From: the human T2T-CHM13v2.0 reference genome, Homo sapiens
DNA length: 64,000 nucleotides
NCBI RefSeq assembly: GCF_009914755.1
Contig: NC_060925.1
Direction: 5' to 3' (one strand)
In this document: positions 13,486 through 25,706 of the stretch, in pieces
Position numbering within the stretch: the stretch's first letter is position 1
Layout of the letters: every line of letters begins with the position of its first letter
The notes under the pieces: generated by a model
Database searches by the model: none
What the model saw: only the letters and a program-made list of their open reading frames with translations
Told to the model about the DNA's origin: nothing
Made by a program: the position numbers and the translations under genes

Positions 13486-13968
13486 AATATAATTATATTA
13501 AATATATCAAATATATTAATATTAAATATATTTAATATTATATTAAATATAATATATTAATATTTAATATATTTAATATAATATTAAATAAATATATTAT
13601 AAATAAATTATAATATATAAATATATATTATGTATTTATGTATAATATATAAAAATTATATATAATATATATATTTTTATAAATATATAAATATATAATA
13701 AATAAATATATTAAATAAATAATAATATATTAAATATTAATATATTAAATATTATATATTAAATATAATATGTAATATGAAATATATTAAATATTATATA
13801 TTAAATATAATATATAATGTGAAATATATTAAATATTATATATTAAATATAATATATAATATGAAATATATTAAATATTATATATTAAATATTATATATA
13901 ATATGAAATATATTAAATATATTAAAAATAATATAATTATATTTAATTATATTAAAATTAAATATAAT
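13486..13968. repeat. AT island with a 42-bp minisatellite in its 3' half
   Basis: Almost pure A/T; unit ATGAAATATATTAAATATTATATATTAAATATAATATATAAT repeated from 13777 (14-aa periodicity in the ORF track). Confidence 0.95.
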
Positions 13969-14213
13969 CCATTGAATGGATTATAGCTAAAGGATTGAAG
14001 AAATAATTCACATTGACTCCCACCCAGTCTCTCAGATTTCTTCTGACATACATTTAAACAAACAAAAAAAATGAACTGCTCCCTGGATACCTTTGTCTAA
14101 ATGTTAGCAATCCTACAAATAATTTTCTTTCTCCTAATCTTATTCCTTCAAAGAATATTATTATTCTTCCTAATCTGATGGTCTTCTTCAGTCATTTCAG
14201 CTCTTCAGTGTTG

Positions 14214-14315
14214 TCTGGAAATTGCTTAGGAAATGCTTTGAGTTTTATATCAAAAATATCTCTGGAAAATTGCTTAGGAAATGCTTTGAGTTTTGTATCA
14301 AAAATATCTCTGGAA
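14214..14315 (+). repeat. 47/48-bp tandem duplication
   Basis: Units 14214-14260 and 14261-14308 differ by one indel and one substitution; TCTGGAA occurs at all three junctions. Confidence 0.95.
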
Positions 14316-14664
14316 CCTGGCACTTTGTTACCACTCGTGCTGCACATACATTAGTCAGAACCTAAACATTTCATCTATCTCTCTTCTAAATATAGGTGTT
14401 ATAAAAATATAGAATATAATTTATATGTATATTCTACATACATTTATGTTATATATAAATTCATAGAATATGTACATTTATATTATGTCTAAATATACAA
14501 TATCATGTATAATACCTACAAATGTACAAATACAGAGAAAGAGATATGGATAGTCCAGTTGTCTCTTTTTAAAGGTAAAATGACTATAATGATTATAAAA
14601 ATAACATGTATTCATTTTGTGTATTTCTAAACTTAAGCAATATAGGAAGGTTCAAAGAAGACAA

Positions 14665-14770
14665 TATGAAATAACCTGTACATCAAACACCTATGACATG
14701 CAATTTGCCTGTGTGACAAACCTGCACATGTACCCTTGAACCTAAAATAATAGTTTAAAATATAAAAAAA
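14665..14770 (+). mobile_element. Short L1 3' end (old primate L1PA/PB-type)
   Basis: ACAAACCTGCACATGTACCCTTGAACCTAAAATAA followed by an A-rich tail. Confidence 0.8.
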
Positions 14771-14844
14771 AGAAGAAAGTAGAACCTCCCCAAATCTTCA
14801 GAATTCTCCTTCCGGAAATATTTTAAGCTTTAGTTTGACATTAT

Positions 14845-15217
14845 TGATATGGTTTGGCTGGGTCCCCACCCAAATCTCATCTTGAATTGTAGTTTCCATA
14901 ATCCCCACCTGTCATGGGAGGGACCCGATGGGAGGTAATTGAAATGAGATTCATGCTGTTCCCTGAGCTATCCTCGTGATAGTAAGGTCTCATGAGATTC
15001 GATGGTTTCATAAGGGGCTTCCCTCTTTGTTCGGCTCTCATTCTTCTTGCTGCCACCATATGAAGAAGGACGTGTTTGCTTCCCCTTGCACCGTGATTGT
15101 AAGTTTCTTGAGGTTTCCCCAGTCATGCTGAACCGTGAGTCAATTAAACCTGTTTTCTTTATAAATTACCCAGTCTCGGGTATGTCTTTATAAGCAGTAT
15201 GAGAATGGACAAATATA
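14845..15217 (+). mobile_element. THE1 (MaLR) solo LTR, THE1C/D-like
   Basis: Starts TGATATGGTTTGGCTG, ends GAGAATGGACAAATATA; about 370 bp. Confidence 0.9.
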
Positions 15218-16528
15218 TAAATATGGAGGTATCTATCTATTTATCTCTCTATATATTTAGATTTTCCAAAATAGGACTATACTAATATGACAACGCTGCG
15301 TTAATAATGTATGAGTACCTTTATTTCCAACTTTAAACAAAAAATGATCTGCGGCAGAAATTAAAGAGCTGCTGAATTTCAGAAAAAGATTTGTTCAAAG
15401 GGGATTACTTTCAACAACTTTTTTGCTACTGTTAATGAGAGAATTATGCAAATCACTAAAAAATATGAACTAAGGTGTTTTAACTACAACTTTAAACATT
15501 ATCTCTTAGTTCCTGTTTTTCCCATTTGCCCATTTTTTAAAGTTCGTATATAATTAGTTGAAAATTATTAGGGTTTATTATATGTGCCCTTCATCTTGTA
15601 GTATAATTTTAGTGCTTTTAAAGTTTATATTTAAATCGATGCTATGTTCACCACCAGTGAACATTCTGTATTCTTGAGTTTTTTTATTTTGTGTCATCAC
15701 TTTTTGGATAGACAGCATTTTGTTATTTAGAAATGTTTTGCTCTTTGAGTTTGTGCTCATCGATATTGTATTTCCAAATTATTATATTACATGCAATTTG
15801 CCTGCAATTTGTGCAAAATACCTGCAATTTGCATTTGTCCTTCTGAGCTAAATTATCTCTTTAAAAACATTTTATGTGCTGTATGAATATAATATTCCTT
15901 TAATAAATTAGAATGTTAGGAATAATGTTGTTGTTTTTGAACACTAAATATAACTACTCCCCCTCTTCCTTTATGTGGAGTCAGCCTTTATGACAGATTT
16001 CCTATGTATACTTCATTTTTATACTATTACATATAGTCTATATGCCCATAGAAATCATACTTAGTATTGGTTTCTGATTGGGTTTATGTGTCTTTTAAAA
16101 AGTTTATATGTATGCTATCTTATTATACTTATCCTTCTTCCCCATTTAAAAAGTCATTAACTTGTGTTTTGAGCTTAATCCATGGCCAATGTCATATATA
16201 CCATGTATATTGAACTATATAGCACTGGAACCCTACCTGTAACTACTATATGGTACTTTTATGTGAAGAGATATCTAGGTTGTTTATTCTGTTTCCCTAT
16301 TATAAACAGTGCTATAATAAGCATAGTTTTATGTGTAACTTTATGCTTCTCTGAGCTAATTTCTTTAGGATAAGTACTTGATATGTTTAATAGTATTGTT
16401 GAGACATAGGACCTGAATATTATAACTTTTACTACATATTGTCAAATTGCCTGCAACTTAGCTTTACTGGTTTACTACTATCAAACTATAAATTTGTGTC
16501 TCAACTATTTTCAAACACTTGATGTTAG

Positions 16529-17309
16529 TGTTTCCTTTTCTCTGCAAACTCACAGCATCTGCTGGGTTTTTTTTTTTTTTTTTTTTTTTTTTAGTAATAG
16601 CCATTCTGACTGGTATGAGATGGCAAGACATTGTGGTTACTGTTGGTGGAAGTGTAAATTCAACCATTATGGAAAGCAGTATGACGGTTTCTCAGAAAGC
16701 TGAAAGCGGAACTCCCATTTGACCCAACAATCTCATTACCAGGTATATACTTAGAGGAATATAAATCATTCTACCATAATCGCTTCTCGGCCTTTTGGCT
16801 AAGATCAAGTGTAAATCATTCTACCATAAAGACAGATGCATCAGAACGTTCATTGCAGCATGATTCACAACAGCAAAGACGTGGAGTCAACCTAAATTCC
16901 CATCAATGACAGATATTGGATAAAGAAAATGTGGTACATATACACTATGGAAAACTATGCAGCCATAAAAAAGGAGATCAAGACTTTTGCAGGAACATAG
17001 ATGGAGCTGGAGGCTATTCTCCTTTGCAAATTAATGCAGGAACAAAAAACCAAATATGGCATGTTCTCACTTACAAGTGGGAGCTAAATGATAAGAACTT
17101 ATTAACCCAAATAAGGGAACAACAGGCACTGGGATCTACTTGAGGGTGGAGGGTGAGAAGAGGGACAGAAGAGGAAAAGATAACGACTGGGTACTGGGCT
17201 GAATACCTGGGTGATGAAATATTGTGTAAAACAAACGCCCATGACAGGAGTTCACCTATATAACAAACCTTCATATGCACCCCCAAACTGAAGAGTTTAA
17301 AAAGAAAAC
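16529..17309 (+). mobile_element. 5'-truncated, 5'-inverted L1 (L1PA13-16-like)
   Basis: 16529-16638 is reverse-complement L1, 16639-17309 is sense L1 through the 3'UTR; 15-bp TSD AACA(C/G)TTGATGTTAG at 16514-16528 and 17310-17324. Confidence 0.9.
16779..16813 (+). pseudogene. RNU2: Tailless 3'-truncated U2 snRNA retropseudogene (U2 nt 1-35)
   Basis: ATCGCTTCTCGGCCTTTTGGCTAAGATCAAGTGTA matches the U2 5' end; flanked by perfect direct repeat AAATCATTCTACCATA; no poly(A). Confidence 0.95.
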
Positions 17310-17535
17310 AACAGTTGATGTTAGAAGATATTAAAATTGTTGCCAGCCTAATTTATAAAGATTCTTTTCCTTAAATTTGAATGTTGATCTCTCTTATATT
17401 TTAACACTTTTCAAATCTATCTATTCTGTTCTCTTCTCCATAAATAATAATATATGTGTGTTGTATCACCTTTGTCCTATGTATCTTATTCAAATTACAT
17501 TTTAATCTTCCTTATTCTCCATGTGTCTGTATAGC

Positions 17536-17893
17536 TGATATGGTTTGGCTGTGTTCCCACCCAAATCTCATCTTGAATTGTAGCTCCCATAATTACCATG
17601 TGTTGTGGGAGGGACCCTGTGGGAGATAATTGAATCATAGGGGCAGTTTTCCCCATACTGTTCTGGTAGTGAATAAGTCTCACAGGATCTGATGGTTTAA
17701 TAAGGGGTTTCCCTTTACGCTGGGCTCTTATTCTGTCTTGCCTGCCACCATGTAAGATGTGACTTTCACCTTCCACCATGATTGTAAGGCCTCCCCAGTC
17801 ACGTGGAACTGTGAGTCCATTAAACCTCTTTTTCTTTATAAACTACACAGTCTCAGGTATGTTTTATCAGCACTGCGAAAACAGACTAATAAA
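17536..17893 (+). mobile_element. THE1B/C-like solo LTR
   Basis: TGATATGGTTTGGCTGTG to ACAGACTAATAAA; 5-bp TSD ATAGC/ACAGC. Confidence 0.92.
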
Positions 17894-19910
17894 ACAGCCT
17901 TCTCAAGCCTTCTACTTTATGCCAGGTTAACTAATTTTTTTTCTATTCTGTTGATTGAACTATGACTTTTATCCCTGAAATGTTTTTATTTTGCCTTTCA
18001 GTGTATTCAAGGTTTTAAAAAATCTCCTTGGTTTGCTTTATAATCTCTTCTCTATAGCCTTAAATCTCTCCTTCTACTCTGTAGTTTTTATTTTTTTTAA
18101 GATTGTTATCAGTACAAGTTTTGAAATTATGAAGATTTGTCAAAAATATTTTATCCATTTCTTTGGTTGAATTTATGTGTAGTTTCTCCTATGGCCTTTT
18201 TCTTAATAACATTTATATTTGAATGGGACTGAGTATTTGCCAAGTTCTGTATGGAGGAGTGGGCTGGGAGTAACCTGAGGCAGCCTACAGAGCTGAGTCA
18301 AATCCCCCTACCCTCGCCAAAACCGCTTATTAAATCCGTTATGTTATTTGACTTTGAAACATGCTTCCTTTTAGGTTTCAGCTGCCAGCATGGTTCCTAG
18401 TGAAGCACCCTGTGCCTGGCAATTACAGCTTTATTCCCCATCCTTTCATCTTCTTAGATTGGAGACGATAAAAAAATGTTTCATTATGAGTTCTAACACT
18501 TCTAAGACTCCGGTTTTGATCACTGTCTAGCATGCTTAGCACTGAATATACATATTCAGTGATTATGTATTTAGATATGTAAAAGAAGCCAAAATATCAG
18601 TATCATGGTGTAAGATGCACTAAGATCTATAGACTATGACACAGTAAATATTAGTATCAACTAATATTTTTATCACATGTGCTATTTTAAAATATTTTTA
18701 TTTCTGACAGTGCCCTGTAATAGCTTCTCCAATCATATCTACCCACAAAATAAATAGTAATTATTAAGTAGAAATATCTTGTACATTTCTGATTTTAAAA
18801 TGTTTACATCTGAACAGATGGCTTAACCATAACATTTCATATTATTTGTTAGAAATTGTGTCATTCTTCATTAGACTTTTAGTATAGCATAAATGATGGC
18901 AGAGATAAAACCGATGAATAAGTCAGTGACTCAATGTTATTAACCGTTACTGCTAAGGGAGTTGCTAAATCAGAATTCAGCATATTATAGGATAAACAGA
19001 CTGATAAATAGGATGAAAATAGTTTCGCATCCTGAAGTAGCTAAATACACTGAATACTTTTGCTTAAAAAAAAACTTTCAATTACCTTTTTTGAAATTAA
19101 ATTTTCTCTTCCCAAAATAGCCCCAGATGCTCTATTATTTTTTTAAAAAAACAACCATTTTTTAATGCATTTTCTGAAACCTTTCTTTGAGTGTGATCAT
19201 GATCTCACGACTTAGCACTAAGCCAACATTATGTAATTATTCCACAGTGAACCATTCCCTGAGTGAAGCCATTTCCACTTTCATGAAGTCAGGCAGTCAG
19301 TGAGATGATAGATAATAAAGTTTGGATAGCTTTTGAATAGCTAATCAGATGCTATTTTGTAAGGCAGTTTCTTTCCTCATCTAGCTCAAGATATTACATA
19401 CCTAATTATTAAGTTGCTATGCAGCATATTTCTGGCTGAGAAGTACGTATTTCAAAGTTTCTAGCTGCATGAAAATAGTTTATACTCTTGGTCAAGAGAT
19501 GTCTATTTATTTTATCCTGCATCCTTTTGCTCGACGTACCTATCACTTACTACCCAGGTGGTTTGAAAAACACCCTGGGAAATTTTATTCAGTCTTTCAT
19601 TTACTCAGTAAATTTATTTTTATTGGGATTGTGCATGCATTTCTACCAACATGCACATGAATATTTGCCAGTCCCATTGATAGAGACATTATACTCTAGA
19701 TGCTTTGGGAATTGTATTTCAGATTCAAAATGATGTGATTTTAACAGATCTGCTGTACAACATATACTCAATTGTGAACTTAAAAATTTGTTAAGAGAGT
19801 AGATCTCAGGTTAAATGTTCTTACCACACACACACTATACAGAGGCGCAAACACATTTCTACCTTAATTACAGTAATAATTTCCTAGATGTACACATAAA
19901 AATGTATGCG

Positions 19911-20291
19911 CTAATTTCATCCATGTCCCTACAAAGGACGTGAACTCATCATTTTTTATGGCTGCATAGTATTCCATCATTCTCAGTAAACTATCGCAAG
20001 AACAAAAAACCAAACACTGCATATTCTCACTCACAGGTGGGAATTGAACAATGAGAACACATGGACACAGGAAGGGGAACATCACACTCTGGGGACTGTT
20101 GTGGGGTGGGGGAGGGGGGAGGGATAGCATTGGGAGATATACCTAATGCTAGATGACGAGTTAGTGGGTGCAGCGCGCCAGCATGGCACATGTATACGTA
20201 TGTAACTAACCTGCACATTGTGCACATGTACCCTAAAACTTAAAGTATAATAATAATAAATTTTAAAAAAATGCAAAAATTAAAAAAAAAA
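19911..20291 (+). mobile_element. Young 5'-inverted L1 3' end (L1PA2/3-like) inside an older L1M 3' fragment (about 19750-20370)
   Basis: 19911-19977 inverted and joined through CCAT to sense 3'UTR; G-rich tract; GCTAGATGACGAGTTAGTGG (GAG, not the Ta-type ACA); A-rich tail. Confidence 0.92.
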
Positions 20292-21957
20292 GTGTGCTAA
20301 ATATGTGCCATGTTTTTGTATATCATATGTACCTCTATGAAGCTGTTGAAAAAATTAAAAAATAAAATGTCAGTTGAGGTAAATCTTTTAAATTGAATTT
20401 ACGCCTTACAGAGGGTAAATGATGACGCTTTCAGAATAAACTTCTGTGAACATTAGGGCAACCCCTTTCCTGTCTTTTGAAATTTTTGTACAACTATATC
20501 ATTTGCAACTTTCCATGTCATATTTTTAGTTTTGATTATAAGTTTCTAAACATAATTTTATGAATATATAGATTCTCATTGGGAGCTTTGAGGTTTAACA
20601 GCTGCAGACTAGACTGTTGAAGGGCCTCAGAGAGTAGTTTTAGGGGTAGTAACATTTCAGGCCTGTGGTTCTTTCGGCTGCACAGGTTCTTCAATATTTA
20701 ATAGGCTTCCAGGAATCTCCTCCTAGTAATATGGTAGATCAGGTTATTCACCAACTCTCACTGAAAACAGCTAAAAATAGTGATTGAACTATTTGTAAGT
20801 GTTCTTAAAAGCATAAAACAAAACAGCAAAGAAAAAACAAAAAAAACAGTAAGAGCCATCAAGCTTAACCCTCGCTAAAGGCTAGAACCTGGAGGACTTG
20901 TCAGGTGAGCTAAATTTTGTTGGTGTTTCTATGTTCTCACTGGAGGCAAGGGCTACTAAAGACAAATCTCAGCACTTGTGCATGATGAAGATTTATTATG
21001 AGACCCTTCTGCCCACACCTACTAATCTGAGAGCTACATCTTCTTTAGAACCAGGAGTAAATACACCCCACCCAGCGCCTCCAGGGAATTAAAAAGCAAG
21101 TTATCCTAGTGCTGAGTGTCACACTGCAAGAAAGCCTCACCTGTGAGCTCTTATGTGAATTTGAGCCCAGTTCATGTTACCAGGGTTTACAGTAGTCTTA
21201 GATAGCTGTCAGAAACAGATGTAAATCCTTTTTGGAAGAATACGGGTATTCATTCTAGATCTTAAATATGTCTTATAAATAATTCTACGAGGCTCAACAT
21301 ATTAAGGCCAAATAGTATTACATACTAAGGAAGTTTGCCACCCAAATCAAGAGCTAGCATAAAAACAGAAGATCTCAAAACATTTCAGATGTTAATATTT
21401 TCAAATATAGGTTTTAGTATATTTCAGCTTTCTTAAAATATATGAATTTAAATTAGAGACTCACTAAATGGATGTTTATATAATTAGACCAGAAGGGAAT
21501 AACAGATTATAGAGGAAAGAAAACATTTTACAGAAAATGATTTAAAATTTTCAAGTTAATGTAAAAAACAAAAGCAAACAAACAAATATTTTTTAAAATT
21601 TCCAAGTTAGGACAAATAGAAATCCACACTTAGAAATATATTGTGAAATAATAGAACATAAAAGACATTAGAAGATTTTGAAAGTCCTGGAAGCCATCAA
21701 CAATATGTAAAATGTAATATAATTTCAATGGGATATTATTTAAAATATACAAATAAAAACATACATTGTATAACTTTATTAAAACATACCAATAGGTCTT
21801 AATATGCAATGGCATGGAGATGTCAATAGTCTCCAAATCAATTTATAAATTCTATGCATTTCCAATCAATATACCAACAAAGTTTTTTTTTTCTTCTGTG
21901 GAAAATGATGGTATTTCTACCATTTACATAGAAGAAAGAAAGGATAAAAATAGCTAA

Positions 21958-22243
<286 letters not shown>

Positions 22244-22732
22244 ACAATTTTTAAGAAGGATAAAAAGTGACAGGACTTTTCCAACAAGTTACAGAGAGTT
22301 ATCTTAAAGCCATAGCAATTAATATATTGTGATATTGATATAGTCATTTACAAATAGAGTAAAGGAAAAGAGTAGCACGTCCAAATGCTTACTCACATGA
22401 GGCAAATTGATGTTTGACTGAGGTAGTAATGCATGTCAAAGGGAAAGGAAGGATGGTCAAGGAATCACACAGAGTTAGTTAGACCATATGGCAACAAATA
22501 TAATTATATTCTTACTGTATACCAAATACCAAAATAATTCCAGGAAGATAAAGATATTAAACATGTAACTGAATTTTTACAATTTCAAAAAGAATGGGGG
22601 AGGATTTCTATATAACATCAGAGACTAACTGATTTATTAAATAAAATGCAAAAAGCACAAAAAGTCCAGGACATAATTCACGTTATATCATATTAAAATG
22701 GGAAATTTTTGTTTATCAAAAGTACCATAAAT

Positions 22733-23057
22733 TGCCAGGCATGGTGACGCACATCTGTAATCCTAGCACTTTTTGAGGTCGAGGCGGGAGGATCACTTGA
22801 GCCTGGGAGTTGGAGACCAGTCTGGGTAACATGGCAAAAACCCATTTCTACGAAAGAAATACCAAATATTAGCCAGGCATGGTGGCATGCACTTGTAGTC
22901 CCAGCTGCTCGGGTAGCTGAGGTGGGAGGATCATCTGAGTCCAAGATGTCAAGACTGCAGTGCAGTGAGCTGTCATCACACCACTATGCTCCAGCCTAGG
23001 TAACAGAGCAAGACCCTGCCTCAAAAAAAAAAAAAAAAAAAAACCAAAAAAAAAAAA
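22733..23057 (+). mobile_element. AluJ element
   Basis: GGAGGATCACTTGAGCC and GCAAGACCCTG; long A tail; TSD core TACCA(T/C)AAAT. Confidence 0.92.
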
Positions 23058-23061
23058 CCTA

Positions 23062-23413
<352 letters not shown>

Positions 23414-24084
23414 AAAATATTTGCAACATATGTGACTGACAAAGGCTTGGTAACCAGAAAGTCTACACAACCTTTAAAATCAAAAAGAAAAGAGCCAAAA
23501 ATGTAACTAAAAAATAAGCAAAAGAGATGAACCAAACATCAAAGAAGAGGAAGAAATGACAAACCTATGATAAAGAATTTCAAAACCAGAAATCAGGGAA
23601 GTGCAAATCAAGACCACAATAAAGTATCATTTTAAACTCAAAAGGTGAACAAAAATTTGAAGAACTGGCAATATCAACTATTGATGGGGATTTGAATCAG
23701 CAGGGCATGCTTAGTTATTCCTAGTGGTTATAGAACAAGTTAGAGTCACATTTGGCATTAATTTATAAAATGGAACACACACATTTTCCAGTACCCAGAT
23801 ATCAAATTTAAACACCCAAGGGAAACTGGCAAATGCATGGGTGAAGAGAATTGTACAACAATGTCCAGAGCAGCATTGCTTGTCAAAGGAAAAAAATATA
23901 AAAACAACTCAAATGTTAAAACAAAACAAATATCCAGGAAAATGCATAGTGCTTTGCATATCCACATAACAGATTGGTGTATGTGTATTATATACCATTT
24001 AATATCTATAAAAATGAACTATTTTCTAAAGAATAATCACAGATGGCAAAATTATCACATTATTATAAGTAATGATAGAATTCA

Positions 24085-24148
24085 AGATCCTCTGTTTTTT
24101 AAACTCATATTTGTTCACACTAAGTGCCCTTGAATTTACAGTTTATTA
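24085..24148 (+). repeat. 64-bp dispersed direct repeat, copy 1
   Basis: 63/64 identical to 25643-25706. Confidence 0.95.
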
Positions 24149-24686
24149 CAGCCTGTTTAAAAATGGCTTTAAAATTTAACAAATTATATGTTATTCCAAA
24201 TATAACAGATACAGATGGCTTTTACTCATTCCCTTTGTTTCTTATTTTTTCTAAAGTTTTAAAAAATATTTTAATTAGAAAAATATTTACTTCAATTGAG
24301 ACTATGCATAGAAACAATTCTAGGGATTTGAATTTAATTATTTTTAATTAATGTGAAATTTTTTCTTGATAGGGTATAGAAGTTGATCGTTGAAAAGTAT
24401 AAATACATTTTGAGCATGAGTATAGCTGGAGTTGTGTTACCAGTGGTAAAATAAACATCCAGGTAAAATGGAATACTCAGTCTTTTGAATTATTAATTAT
24501 TTCATGACATTGCATAAATAATGTCTTTGGCTCCTTGGATCACAGATTTTCATAAATCCTCCCAGTCAGAAGGCTAATATATATTTTACATTTTAGAATG
24601 GAGAATTTTCATTATAAGATGCTGATGGTTACCTGTAACTAAAATATAAGGCTTTCTGCAAATCTAAAAATCCATGAATACCTGAG

Positions 24687-24687
<1 letters not shown>

Positions 24688-24727
<40 letters not shown>
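24688..24727. repeat. (TG)n microsatellite, about 19 units
   Basis: Directly visible. Confidence 0.97.
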
Positions 24728-24728
<1 letters not shown>

Positions 24729-25642
24729 TAAAGAGTAATACATACATAATGCATAATGGAGCTACTTCCAAAATAAAAGCAAAACTTTCATTTAAAGTCA
24801 CTTGTATTGTGAAAGTCAAGAACATAAAAGTAAGAATTTTGTTCAGAAGTTTTATTATAATTTTCAAATGCTTCTACTCTGATATTTCACTAAATTATTA
24901 AAATACTGTTTTATATTGTTGATAAAATCAGGGCACATGGATGTTTAGTGTTTATGCATACTGATGTGAAGAAGCAGTTCTGTTGTGTTGCAAAAAGGAG
25001 AACTGGATGGTTGTATGAATGGAACAATGATGGTTCAACTATTGCAGAGGCACTTATTTCTCTCTTGAAATTTGTTGATTTCTATATAACATTTTCAGAG
25101 ATATAAGAAATTTTGTTATTGCAAACAGTATTAAACACGTCTTGTGTATGTTGCTTAAACTGTGATTGGTAGAAAATCCTTGTGTACCTGTAACAGAGTT
25201 TACTGACACAAAGACAAAGTTTCTCCCTCAATTACATTACTCTGCTCTAATCTACTCCGGATGCATCATCTCAAGTTGCTCTTTCTCCCAGGAATTGCAC
25301 CTAAATAATTTTCCTCATGTAGTTTCTCATTGTAATTGTTTTTGAGCATTGGAATTGTCATGCATCATTGGAGGTGTTACGAGAAACACACAGAATGATA
25401 AATGTGTGTACTCTCCCCTCTGTCACCCTGACACTGGCAATAGAATTATTCCAGGTGAGATCTGGGGGTAGGTGAGGTAAAATCCATTCATAGAAGTGGG
25501 AATACATAGATTCATCAAATAAATGGTAACAAGTAAATAATTCTGGCTCTGAGGAAGTGGGAGTTGTTGTATTTATAAAAATATTTAATACCCTAGAGCA
25601 TATGAGATGTAGCTTTTATTGCATATGTGGTTTTAGTAAGTC

Positions 25643-25706
25643 AGATCCTCTGTTTTTTAAACTCATATTTGTTCACAGTAAGTGCCCTTGAATTTACAGT
25701 TTATTA
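25643..25706 (+). repeat. 64-bp dispersed direct repeat, copy 2
   Basis: 63/64 identical to 24085-24148. Confidence 0.95.

Noticed and set aside
13777-13986. Repetitive peptide MKYIKYYILNIIYN
   Set aside because: Translation of a 42-bp AT minisatellite
15789-15804. 16-bp exact match ACATGCAATTTGCCTG shared with 14696-14711, plus local TGCAATTTG triplication
   Set aside because: A single 16-mer match is plausible by chance in 64 kb of AT-rich DNA and does not extend
16779-16813. Functional U2 snRNA gene
   Set aside because: Only the first 35 nt are present; no Sm site, PSE promoter or 3' box; flanked by a TSD
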